From an uncultured Gammaproteobacteria bacterium (lineage in GTDB: Bacteria > Patescibacteriota > Microgenomatia > UBA8517), in the NCBI GenBank assembly GCA_964645605.1, contig CAZYCE010000005.1, forward strand, positions 362-64,361: DNA of 64,000 nt, in the 5' to 3' direction. This document shows positions 9,381-17,620 of the stretch, in pieces. Both the position numbers and the translations under genes were made by a program. The notes below the pieces were generated by a model that searched no databases, was not told the DNA's origin, and was given only the letters and a program-made list of their open reading frames with translations. Numbering within the stretch: the stretch's first letter is position 1; each line of letters begins with the position of its first letter.

Positions 9381-9409
9381 TTAAAAATCCATCAACTAAA
9401 AGGGGAGTG

Positions 9410-9481
9410 TGAGCCGGAGAGGACTCGAACCTCTAACCGTTACCTTAAGAGGGTACTGCTCTACCATTGAGCTACCGGCCC
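9410..9481 (-). tRNA. tRNA-Lys (anticodon CTT)
   Basis: Acceptor GGGCCGG/CCGGCTC, D arm GCTC-AATGGTA-GAGC, anticodon loop CTCTTAA, T arm AGAGG-TTCGAGT-CCTCT. Confidence 0.75.
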
Positions 9482-9483
9482 AT

Positions 9484-10896
9484 TCAATCTAAAGACTTAT
9501 TTACTCTGCTATTAATATTTTCTCGAAGATAGCCGCCTATTTTAGCAAATATGGTCTGTATTTGCATTTTATCCGCCTTGACTATTAAGGCCTCTATTGG
9601 AAAGCTATTGGTAATGCGCTTGCCGCTTTCTCTATTCGACAAATACAAAGACCTAAGAAGAATCCCACGATCCTGAGTGGGGGTCGCCCTGAATACAACT
9701 AGGCCGGTTTTAGTAGGTTCAATATCAAAAAGTAAACTATTTTTGAAAATAACGCCTTCATTATCGCTAGCTATACTCAAATTATCGGTATTCCAAATCG
9801 TTTGTCCCGTATTTTTGGCTAAAATTGCACCCACAAAATCGGATTCTTCGAAAATAATTGGCTGTGCAAGCGCTCCCACTATCTGACCACTTTGTTTTTG
9901 AATCGGAGCTCCTTTAATTTTAGGGATGCTTTTGTAAGAATCATAATAGGCAAAATAGGAGCCGTCATTTTTGATCCAGGAAAATTCAGAAAAAAGAGGT
10001 TCTTTATAATTCAAAACAAATGGTGTAACGGCAACTACTCTTTTATCATCCCAAACATTCTCGAAGGCATATTTATACATTTTTGCAATTTCGGACTCAC
10101 CAGTCTTTTGGTTTGACCAGCCTGTTTCTGTAATAAATACCGGCAACTGCTTGGTAACTCCCAAGGTGTTTAGATATGTCAGCTCCCAATCAAAGGTTTG
10201 AATTGAACCTCGTCCCGTATCAGTCTCTTTGCCCTCAAACCCCGGATTCGGGTAGGAATGCGATGCCCAACCGTTAAGATTGTCAAAAATATTTGGCTGG
10301 GCTTTTAGCATTCTTTTTAAAAAGGTGGTCTCATCCATGGTAATTGGTGTATTTTTAGCAGAGGCGTCAAGTCCCGCTCCTATAACAAAAAAGTCATTTG
10401 AGGCTTGATGTAGTTTTTGTGCAAATTCATTTAAGTAAGTAGAATATTCTTCCGGATTGATCTCTCCGGCCCATTCCGTTGAATGATTTGGCTCGTTTCC
10501 TATTATTACATATCTATTTTCAATTACCCAATTAAGGGAATTTAAAAAAGTAATCCAGTTTCCTATATCATCATTTTTTGGAGCTCTCCAATTTTCCCCC
10601 TCTAACTTTGTTGCTATTCGAACAATGGGGATTAGATGCATTCGTCTCATTTGATCAAAAACCTGCTGCCAACGGTCATGGTTGCGTTCGGACTCGGTTA
10701 TGACAATGGTGACATAACCCCAATCTCCTCCTGAGGAATTAACAAGGACGGCTGCGTTTTTTAAATCATTTTCATCGATTACATGAATTCCAAATTTATT
10801 ATTCGCGACCGATAGGGGATTATTCTCAGCAAGAACACAGGATTGTGTGATAAAAAGGCCCAGAAGCGAAAGAATGACTGCGAATAATTTTTTCAT
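9484..10896 (-). CDS. Secreted clan GH-A glycoside hydrolase (GH5/cellulase-like)
   Basis: Signal peptide (MKKLFAVILSLLGLFITQSCVLA). 'IIGNEPN' acid/base and 'FITETGW' nucleophile motifs are spaced as in (beta/alpha)8 GH-A enzymes. Confidence 0.65.
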   Translation of the reverse strand: MKKLFAVILSLLGLFITQSCVLAENNPLSVANNKFGIHVIDENDLKNAAVLVNSSGGDWGYVTIVITESERNHDRWQQVFDQMRRMHLIPIVRIATKLEGENWRAPKNDDIGNWITFLNSLNWVIENRYVIIGNEPNHSTEWAGEINPEEYSTYLNEFAQKLHQASNDFFVIGAGLDASAKNTPITMDETTFLKRMLKAQPNIFDNLNGWASHSYPNPGFEGKETDTGRGSIQTFDWELTYLNTLGVTKQLPVFITETGWSNQKTGESEIAKMYKYAFENVWDDKRVVAVTPFVLNYKEPLFSEFSWIKNDGSYFAYYDSYKSIPKIKGAPIQKQSGQIVGALAQPIIFEESDFVGAILAKNTGQTIWNTDNLSIASDNEGVIFKNSLLFDIEPTKTGLVVFRATPTQDRGILLRSLYLSNRESGKRITNSFPIEALIVKADKMQIQTIFAKIGGYLRENINSRVNKSLD

Positions 10897-10964
10897 AGAA
10901 ATTACATTTTAGCAGTTATTTGACAAAGTCAGAAACTATATTAGAATAGTGTACCCACACGATT

Positions 10965-11297
10965 ATGGCAAAAACATCCGCAATCAAAACAACCGCTAAA
11001 TCCCCATACAAAAAGGATATCTATATAAGGTGCTCGGAGCTGTTTAAAGTTATGTCCAATCCTAAAAGATTGGAGATTATGAACATCATTAAGGACAACG
11101 AAGTAACGGTGAATGAAATTTCCAAAATTATCGGCACAAGAAAATCAAACACCTCGCAACATCTTTCCTATCTCAGGTATGTGGGAATCGTAACCGCAAG
11201 GCGTGACGGAAAGAATATATATTACAAGCTAGTCGATCCGGCGGTGGTTGAGCCTATCAAGATCCTCAGTAAAATTAAAATAAACAAATATATTTAA
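10965..11297 (+). CDS. ArsR/SmtB-family HTH transcriptional regulator
   Basis: 110 aa. wHTH region 'KVMSNPKRLEIMNIIKDNEVTVNEISKIIGTRKSNTSQHLSYLRYVGIVTARRDGKNIYY' fits ArsR family conservation. Confidence 0.7.
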   Translation: MAKTSAIKTTAKSPYKKDIYIRCSELFKVMSNPKRLEIMNIIKDNEVTVNEISKIIGTRKSNTSQHLSYLRYVGIVTARRDGKNIYYKLVDPAVVEPIKILSKIKINKYI

Positions 11298-11609
11298 TAC
11301 TTCCTTTTACAGAATCTCCCAAAAACCAGAAGGAGATGGTTATCATAGATGGGATTATCCCGGGTAAACAGTAAAACATTCAGGAATAAGTGGAATACCA
11401 CAATTTTCAAGAAATGGCCGGGGAAATAACAACGGAAAAAATCAGACAAATCGAAAAAGAAGCTCTCAAAATATTTAATAAAAAAACAAAGAAACTTGGC
11501 CTAGATCTAATTTAATCTGAGTGATCTTCTGATGATATGACTTTGGGAAGAATCGCTCTGTATATTCTTTACTTGGTAGCGGTTCGAGTAAGAGAACGAG
11601 TCTCTCGAG

Positions 11610-11681
11610 TGACCTTGGGAAGAATCGAACTTCCATCTCGTCCTTAGAAGGGACTTGCTCTATCCGTTGAGCTACAAGGCC
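11610..11681 (-). tRNA. tRNA-Arg (anticodon TCT)
   Basis: Acceptor GGCCTTG/CAAGGTC, anticodon loop CTTCTAA, T arm GGAAG-TTCGATT-CTTCC. Confidence 0.8.
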
Positions 11682-11702
11682 GAAAAATTGCTCCGATTTT
11701 GG

Positions 11703-11774
11703 AGCGGCGGAAGGGATTTGAACCCTCGACCTCTTCCTTGGCAAGGAAGCATTCTACCACTGAACTACCGCCGC
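11703..11774 (-). tRNA. tRNA-Gly (anticodon GCC)
   Basis: Acceptor GCGGCGG/CCGCCGC, anticodon stem CTTCC/GGAAG with loop TTGCCAA, T arm GAGGG-TTCAAAT-CCCTT. Confidence 0.85.
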
Positions 11775-12051
11775 AATTTTTCTACAGGCTTAATTCTACA
11801 ACAAACAAGAGTAAAACTCTATTGTTCAGAGGGATTAATTTCTTCAGACAAGGGCTTTAAGAAGTGCTTCACGAATATTTCTACCAGCAAACCAACTTTT
11901 AAGAAAAACTATGGCGTGCTTATTTTTGTTTGTCTCTCGAAGATAATATTTATTCACATGCCCACCCTTTTGGGAAACAATATTTGCTAATTCTTTTATC
12001 GAATATTTTGTGTAGATAATCTAAGTATACACCTTAACGAATGTTTATAAG

Positions 12052-12124
12052 TGCTGAGACCAGGAGTTGAACCTGGATATGACGCTCTTCAGGCGCCCGC
12101 CTTGACCACCTTGGCTATCTCAGC
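12052..12124 (-). tRNA. tRNA-Phe (anticodon GAA)
   Basis: Acceptor GCTGAGA/TCTCAGC, anticodon loop CTGAAGA, T arm with TTCAACT loop. Confidence 0.85.
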
Positions 12125-12202
12125 GTGAACAGATGTGAGCAATGAGAAAAGCTCTACTTATCTCAGCACTCCGATCAATGCATTCTATCAAAAAAATGTG
12201 TG

Positions 12203-12276
12203 TGGTCGCTGAGGGGCTCGGACCCCCGACCTCATCGATGTAAACGATGCGCTCTAACCAACTGAGCTAAGCGACC
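12203..12276 (-). tRNA. tRNA-Val (anticodon TAC)
   Basis: Acceptor GGTCGCT/AGCGACC, D arm GCTC-AGTTGGTTA-GAGC, anticodon stem CATCG/CGATG with loop TTTACAT. Confidence 0.85.
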
Positions 12277-12279
12277 TGG

Positions 12280-12360
12280 TGCACTCGGAGAGACTCGGAC
12301 TCTCACGCCTTTCGGCATAGCTCCTTAGGCTACCGCGTATACCAATTCCGCCACGAGTGC
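12280..12360 (-). tRNA. tRNA-Leu-type (long variable arm); anticodon loop CTAAGGA reads AAG
   Basis: Acceptor GCACTCG/CGAGTGC, Leu-type D arm GCGGAATTGGTATACGC, anticodon stem GTAGC/GCTAT with 7-nt loop CTAAGGA, variable arm GCCGAAAGGC hairpin, T arm GAGAG-TCCGAGT-CTCTC. The acceptor is palindromic, but the T-arm position fixes minus-strand orientation. It begins 3 nt after tRNA-Val. Confidence 0.6.
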
Positions 12361-12373
12361 ATTTCTTGCCTAG

Positions 12374-12457
12374 TGCCAAGGGCGGGACTTGAACCCGCAC
12401 GCTCTTTCGAGCACACGCTCCTGAAGCGTGCCTGTCTACCAATTTCAGCACCTCGGC
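12374..12457 (-). tRNA. tRNA-Leu (anticodon CAG), long variable arm
   Basis: Acceptor GCCGAGG/CCTTGGC (one G-U), anticodon stem CACGC/GCGTG with loop TTCAGGA, T loop TTCAAGT. Confidence 0.8.
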
Positions 12458-12495
12458 AAATCTAGCTCGCCAATTATATCAAAATACCCGCAAAC

Positions 12496-13167
12496 TTGAC
12501 ATATTGTCTTCGATTATGGCATCCTGTTAAGATGGAGACAGACGTTGAGCCTCTAGATACGGAATACACTTTTTGGAAAAATCTTGTACTTGTAGGGGTA
12601 TTTTTTATAATTGCCCCCCTAACGATCGGGATAAGCCTTTTTTCACTTATTTCCCTCAAGAAAAGCGATCTTAATGAAAAAAAATTCAATACAACAAACC
12701 TTGTTACTTCACCTAAATCTGGAGTAAGTGTTTACGCCTCCCTTCCTTCAAGTATCCCCACCATATCTTCTTCGATTGAAACCGCTGATGCAAGATCTCA
12801 GATCATTAAAAAATATCTCGAAAGTTATAATTCACCAATCGCTCCCTACTCGGATTTTATTGTCCAGAGCGCTGACAAATATTCTATTGATTTTAGGCTT
12901 ATAACCGCTATAGCCCAGCAAGAAAGTAACCTATGCAAGGTTATTCCGCCCGGTTCATATAACTGCTGGGGATGGGGGATAACTTCTGAAAATACTCTCG
13001 GTTTCAACTCATACACCGAAGGTATTGAAACTGTATCTATGGGTTTACGGAAAAATTATATTGATAAAGGTTATTCGACCATCGAAGAAATTATGTCCAA
13101 ATACACACCACAAAGTAATGGCTCGTGGGCGTTTGGGGTTAATTCCTTCATGGAGGCAATGCAGTAA
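12496..13167 (+). CDS. Membrane-anchored lytic-transglycosylase-like (SLT-like) protein
   Basis: One TM helix, then a C-terminal domain with 'ITAIAQQESNL', which resembles the catalytic-Glu motif of SLT family 1 (A-I-x-x-Q-E-S-x-F/L-N). A more likely start is METD at 12532. Paralog of 13330..13854. Confidence 0.55.
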   Translation: MTYCLRLWHPVKMETDVEPLDTEYTFWKNLVLVGVFFIIAPLTIGISLFSLISLKKSDLNEKKFNTTNLVTSPKSGVSVYASLPSSIPTISSSIETADARSQIIKKYLESYNSPIAPYSDFIVQSADKYSIDFRLITAIAQQESNLCKVIPPGSYNCWGWGITSENTLGFNSYTEGIETVSMGLRKNYIDKGYSTIEEIMSKYTPQSNGSWAFGVNSFMEAMQ

Positions 13168-13329
13168 CTTCATTATTATAACTTTGAACCGGTCAAACTT
13201 GACAATCCTGTAGTTTCATGCTATAGTGTAACCACATTCCGAGGCTTAGGCATGGAAACATGATCTCGGCGTTGGGATTTATATTTGGGGGGTATCGAAA
13301 GATACCCCCCTTTTTTTTACTATAAATCT

Positions 13330-13854
13330 ATGAGAAAATTATTTACATTTCTGATAGCACTAATAGCGCAGAGCCTTATTTTCACAAACGTATCTTATGC
13401 GCAGAATATTTCCGAAGCCTCTGCATCATTTATCACAACCCCTTACGGCGAAGGGTTTGATTTTCGTGTCCAAAACTTAAGAAGATTTTTAATTAAATAC
13501 AACTCTCCCTTAGCCGACTACGCGGGAGAGTTTGTTGCCTGCGCAGATAAATACGGCCTTGATTACCGGCTTGTCCCGGCAATTACCGGCGTTGAATCTA
13601 CTTTTGGAAAGTATATTCCCTATGGATCATATAATGCCTACGGGTGGGCAAATGGAGACTTTAAATTCACTTCCTGGGAGAACTCCATTATGCACGTATC
13701 TGAGACTTTGAAAAATAAGTACATTGATCGTGGAGTAGATTCCATCTATGAAATTGCCCGGGTCTATGCGCCTCCTTCACCAACATGGGGAAGCAAGGTC
13801 ACATTTTTCGTAAACAAGATAGACGCCACTCCTCTTAACTTTGATATAATCTAA
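13330..13854 (+). CDS. Secreted lytic-transglycosylase-like (SLT-like) protein, paralog of the previous gene
   Basis: Signal peptide MRKLFTFLIALIAQSLIFTNVSYA. 'LVPAITGVESTFG' parallels the ES motif of the upstream paralog, and the C-terminal blocks are shared (KYIDxG ... EIxxxYxP). The ORF track starts at 13285; ATG 13330 gives the signal peptide. Confidence 0.55.
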   Translation: MRKLFTFLIALIAQSLIFTNVSYAQNISEASASFITTPYGEGFDFRVQNLRRFLIKYNSPLADYAGEFVACADKYGLDYRLVPAITGVESTFGKYIPYGSYNAYGWANGDFKFTSWENSIMHVSETLKNKYIDRGVDSIYEIARVYAPPSPTWGSKVTFFVNKIDATPLNFDII

Positions 13855-13958
13855 ACGTGGCCGGTAAAAGCCCTCGTGGCGGAATTTCGGCATAGGTGTA
13901 CGCTTTACGAGAGCGTAATTAAAAGCAGATGTGTCTGGATCGTTCTCGCCTATAGCGA

Positions 13959-14042
13959 GCCGGGGTGGTGAAATGGCATACACGCATGGTTTAGGACCAT
14001 GTGCCCTTTAAAGGCGTGCAGGTTCAACTCCTGTCCCCGGCA
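13959..14042 (+). tRNA. tRNA-Leu (anticodon TAG), long variable arm
   Basis: Acceptor GCCGGGG/CCCCGGC, anticodon stem CATGG/CCATG with loop TTTAGGA, T loop TTCAACT. Confidence 0.85.
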
Positions 14043-14212
14043 CATAATCTCTGAGAATACCGTCTTCAATATTTGTGCTAATATTGATTTATGGATACAG
14101 TTAAGCTTCACATAAAGGTGAACCGGCATTCATTTTCCAAAAACCTTATTTTTATGATGATTCCCGTGGTTGTTTTTTTAATAACTTTTGCAGTTCTTAT
14201 CAAACTTCTCAG

Positions 14213-14704
14213 ATGATCAAAAAACTTATTTTTTATTTCATCGCGGTCGCGCTTTTCATCGTGGCTGTGGGAATTTTTTCGCAAAAATCTTCAACCTTGT
14301 CTCTCTCTCAGCCACCCGATGTAACCGAACCTAAAGTAAACATAAACGGGAACGAGATAAATCTAAAAGTAGTCAAGACGCAACAAGACAGGGAAAAAGG
14401 CCTCGGCGGGGTTGCCTCACTTGATGCCGGATCCGGGATGCTTTTTGTTTTCGAGAATTCCGATAAACCTCAAATTTTTTGGATGAAAGATATGTTGATA
14501 CCAATTGACATTATTTGGATTAAGGATGGGAAAGTCGTAAAAATTGACAAAAATGTACAAGCTCCCGAGCCAGGTACTCCGGAAAACGACCTAGTAAGAT
14601 ATTCTTCCGGACAAAAGGTTGACTACGTTTTGGAGGTAAATGCCGGATATTCTGATGCCAACTCAATAAAAGAAGGGGACTCAGTAAGTTTTTCAGGAAT
14701 TTAG
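14213..14704 (+). CDS. DUF192 (COG1430) domain protein with N-terminal TM anchor
   Basis: 'GLGGVASLDAGSGMLFVF ... IFWMKDMLIPIDIIWIKDGKVVKI' matches the conserved DUF192 core (GLM ... FWMKNT-IPLDIIF-D). Confidence 0.6.
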   Translation: MIKKLIFYFIAVALFIVAVGIFSQKSSTLSLSQPPDVTEPKVNINGNEINLKVVKTQQDREKGLGGVASLDAGSGMLFVFENSDKPQIFWMKDMLIPIDIIWIKDGKVVKIDKNVQAPEPGTPENDLVRYSSGQKVDYVLEVNAGYSDANSIKEGDSVSFSGI

Positions 14705-15973
14705 TGTAAACTCTTCCAGTTCTTTTACTCCTCCAAAGGCAATTCTATCAAGTACCGTGCTTGCCCCTTCAAAGCTTCTGGCCGAGGCTAGAGTGAAATC
14801 TCCCCACTTTTCATTTATTTTATCCTGAGCTTTTACCAGCTCTTTTTGTTTTGGCAGATTATTAAAAAACCCGAGTTGAATATTGTCGGATTTCGTAAGA
14901 TTAAAACAGGATACCGCCAAATTAAGTACAGGGGCGGCAGGTCTGGCTTCCAAAAGCAGCCTGAAAACAGCTTTATAAATATCTCTGGAGTCAAAATAGC
15001 TCGTACCCAAAAGCTTTCCCTTGTGCCACCATGAGCCGTTTTTATAGATGATGGCCAGGTGAACACCGGAAGCCTGATATTCAGCGTTTCTGAGCCTACT
15101 ACACATCTTCTCCGTGAGCCTGGCAAGTATGGGGGAAAGGTCGGCAATTTTGTATATATTTTTGCCAAGAGCTACCGAGTTACTAAAGCTTTTTCTTGAA
15201 GATTCAAAATCACCCGCCCGCAATGCTTTATGTGTAGCGTACGCGGGCAGGTCTATTTCATAACCCTGAAGGCGCATATGCCAATAAAGCCCTGTAATTG
15301 AATGAAAGGCTGCCTTTAGTTTCCAAACCGGAGCCTGATAAAAGTCCAAGACAGAATATATTCCCATTGCATTTAACCTAGCAGCGTTGCCCGCCTTAAT
15401 ACCTGTCAGATCCGTAAGTGCAAGTTTACCGTATATTTTTATAAAATTATCCTTATTAATTTCGTCCAAGCCGTCGGGTTTTCGTAGACCGGCAGCAATC
15501 TTGGCCAAGTATCTATTAGGCGCAATTCCGATTGATACCGTAAGCCAATCTCCTATTTCTTTTCTAATCCTGTTTTTTAACTGTTCAGCAACCTTGAAAG
15601 GTTGATCCTTACAAGCTGCATAGTCCCTGAGATTGAGAATAAATTCGTCAATGGATTTTGGGGAAAAATCGTTTGTATATTCGGAAACAAGCCTTTTTAA
15701 CTTGAGGTGCACATTTCGATACTTCCAGGGATCGGGTTTTAGGATTATCAAACGCGGAAAAATGTTTTGACCCTCAAAAACCCTCATTCCGGTTTTAATT
15801 CCTAAACGTTTAGCTTCAATTGAAGCTGCCAGAATACATCCGCCAGGGGTAGGGTAGGAAGCCACAGCCACGGGCTTTCCGCGTAGGAAAGGATTAGCCT
15901 GTTGCTCAATACTCGCAAAGCAAGAATTAAGATCCATGTGCAGGTTAAAAGACGGGCTGCTGTTAAATTCCAC
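14693..15973 (-). CDS. Y-family DNA polymerase (DinB/UmuC-like translesion polymerase)
   Basis: N-terminal 'HMDLNSCFASIEQ' (the DxD..FFAxVE palm motif, with the second acidic residue replaced by N) and 'KSIDEFILNL' (S-L-D-E catalytic pair). Fingers/palm/thumb plus little-finger length is 426 aa. Confidence 0.8.
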   Translation of the reverse strand: MEFNSSPSFNLHMDLNSCFASIEQQANPFLRGKPVAVASYPTPGGCILAASIEAKRLGIKTGMRVFEGQNIFPRLIILKPDPWKYRNVHLKLKRLVSEYTNDFSPKSIDEFILNLRDYAACKDQPFKVAEQLKNRIRKEIGDWLTVSIGIAPNRYLAKIAAGLRKPDGLDEINKDNFIKIYGKLALTDLTGIKAGNAARLNAMGIYSVLDFYQAPVWKLKAAFHSITGLYWHMRLQGYEIDLPAYATHKALRAGDFESSRKSFSNSVALGKNIYKIADLSPILARLTEKMCSRLRNAEYQASGVHLAIIYKNGSWWHKGKLLGTSYFDSRDIYKAVFRLLLEARPAAPVLNLAVSCFNLTKSDNIQLGFFNNLPKQKELVKAQDKINEKWGDFTLASARSFEGASTVLDRIAFGGVKELEEFTLNS

Positions 15974-16247
15974 TTTCCACCTCCTCCAGTCTCCAGCTTA
16001 GATCGTCCGTATCTAAACTTAATCTCATAAACAAGGTTTTTGTGGCTATTGAGTAAATATGGTAAAGAGTCCTGCCCTTACGATAGGTGTGGTGAAGCCC
16101 CACCCTTTCAACTTTATAAACTCTATTTTTCCACTTAACCCATCTCGGGTAGGCATTCATTCCGACTTCGATTTTCTCGTTTATTGGCTCCGCCATAACA
16201 TGGTTATATACCCGAAGAAAAAGCGAATCAAGTATATCTTTCCCCAT
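15963..16247 (-). CDS. Small hypothetical protein (94 aa) translationally coupled to the Y-family polymerase
   Basis: The ORF ends 11 nt inside the polymerase start (ATGGAATTTAACAG overlap). Non-repetitive sequence, no known motif. Weak SD, and its start lies only 21 bp from the divergent hydrolase start. Confidence 0.4.
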   Translation of the reverse strand: MGKDILDSLFLRVYNHVMAEPINEKIEVGMNAYPRWVKWKNRVYKVERVGLHHTYRKGRTLYHIYSIATKTLFMRLSLDTDDLSWRLEEVESGI

Positions 16248-16268
16248 CTTTTATGCTAAAGTGGAAGA

Positions 16269-17276
16269 ATGAAAAGGGGAATCATCTGGGTAATAATTGC
16301 GGCAGTTTTTATACTTATCGGCTGGTTCGGGCATGTTCTTTTTATGCTTCCAAGAAATTCAAATCAAATTACCCAAACCCTTTTCCCGATCAAACCCACA
16401 CCTCTAGCCAAATACACTATTCAAAACTTATCAAATACCGATTTTGAGGCGTCTAAAATCGAGATTGGAGATGTGCTTTCGGAAACCGATAAGTTCACTT
16501 CATACAAGTATACTATGAGCTTTAGCCCAGATTTATCAGGAAGCCTCAAAACAGTCTCGGGAATGATAAATATCCCGAAAGGAGAAGGGACTTTCCCAGC
16601 AGTAGTAATGTTTAGGGGATTTGTAAGCCAGGAAACATACATAATCGGCACAGGCACTAAACCCTCGGCCAAAGTTTTTGCTGAAAATGGTTATATTACA
16701 ATAGCCCCGGATTTTCTGGGATATGCCGACTCAGATAAAGAAGCCTCCGATATTTTTGAATCGCGATTTCAAACATGGGTAACTGCGGCGGTAACTTTAA
16801 AATCCGTTAACTCAATTTCTAAGTGGGACGGGAAAAATATTTTCATCTGGGGGCACTCAAATGGTGGACAAATTGCCTTAACCACTCTTGAAATAACGGG
16901 CGTAGACTATCCGACAGTTCTTTGGGCTCCGGTATCGATACGGTTTCCCGCATCAATCCTCTATTACATTGCGGATGCCGAAGATGGGGGAAAACTTCTA
17001 ATATCCAAGCTGTCCGAATTTTACGAAACTTATAACGCCGAGGAATTTTCACTTACAAACTATTTTTCCAAAATAAAAGCACCTATTGAAATTAACCAGG
17101 GTACTTCCGACACGGCTGTACCGTACTGGTTAAGTGATGCTTTATATGATGAACTAAAGGAGGCCAGCGTCACTGCTACATATATTAAATACCCGGGTAA
17201 TGATCACAATATGAGGCCGAATTGGAACACGGTTGTAGAAAATTCTTTACTTTTTTTCAATTCTCATAAGAAGTAA
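16269..17276 (+). CDS. Membrane-anchored alpha/beta hydrolase (S9 peptidase / dienelactone-hydrolase-like)
   Basis: N-terminal TM helix, nucleophile elbow 'IWGHSNGG' (GxSxG), and downstream acidic and 'GNDHNM' His consistent with the catalytic triad order. Confidence 0.65.
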   Translation: MKRGIIWVIIAAVFILIGWFGHVLFMLPRNSNQITQTLFPIKPTPLAKYTIQNLSNTDFEASKIEIGDVLSETDKFTSYKYTMSFSPDLSGSLKTVSGMINIPKGEGTFPAVVMFRGFVSQETYIIGTGTKPSAKVFAENGYITIAPDFLGYADSDKEASDIFESRFQTWVTAAVTLKSVNSISKWDGKNIFIWGHSNGGQIALTTLEITGVDYPTVLWAPVSIRFPASILYYIADAEDGGKLLISKLSEFYETYNAEEFSLTNYFSKIKAPIEINQGTSDTAVPYWLSDALYDELKEASVTATYIKYPGNDHNMRPNWNTVVENSLLFFNSHKK

Positions 17277-17287
17277 TATAAAATTAC

Positions 17288-17620
17288 ATGTTGGCTGAGA
17301 GAGCTACACATTAAAAGTCCGTTATTCCGATTCTCGTTTGCAAGCCATTCTTGACACTTACGCCAGCGGAAAACGTAGTAGTCAAGAGCTTGAAAATGTC
17401 ACCTTAAGGAAAAAGCACGAGATGGAATATCTGGTCGGCGAGCAATTCGAGGCTAAATTCAACCGTTATGCTTCCCGGTTAGCCATAGTTGAAAGTGCCA
17501 GGGACACATCCACAACCAATTACGTTCACGACGGAATAGACAGGTGTCTATATTTTATTTCTCACCCGAATTTACCCTCTTCCCGTACAATAAAAGGCTT
17601 ACAAAAAAATTGAGGAGCAC
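17288..17620 (+). ncRNA. rnpB: Probable RNase P RNA (reduced bacterial form); ends approximate
   Basis: An ORF-poor 600-bp gap contains, in canonical order, AAAGTCCG (P4 5' strand, 17315), CCAGCGGAAAACG, GTTGAAAGTGCC (cf. GGUGAAAGGGUGC), ACATCCACAACC (cf. AAACUCCACC), GGAATAGACAGG (cf. CCAAAUAGGGG) and ACAATAAAAGGCTTAC (P4 3' strand, cf. ACAGAAnnnGGCUUA, 17587). The P15-P18 region appears to be missing. Confidence 0.5.

Noticed and set aside
11475-11990. ORFs 11475..11744 (-) and 11655..11990 (+) in the six-frame track
   Set aside because: They lie across tRNA-Arg(TCT) and tRNA-Gly(GCC). Their translations are tRNA-sequence artefacts (for example ..RDLNPRPLPWQG..).
12155-12170. TTATCTCAGC 10-mer resembling the tRNA-Phe 5' end
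   Set aside because: Too short, with a mismatch; compatible with chance.
12254-12451. ORF 12254..12451 (-)
   Set aside because: Entirely within the tRNA-Val/Leu/Leu array. No coding signal.
13777-13983. ORF 13777..13983 (-)
   Set aside because: Overlaps the tRNA-Leu 5' fragment and the start of tRNA-Leu(TAG). Spurious.
17338-17613. TTG-initiated 91-aa ORF
   Set aside because: No SD. It sits fully inside the RNase P RNA candidate. The composition is not protein-like enough to keep.
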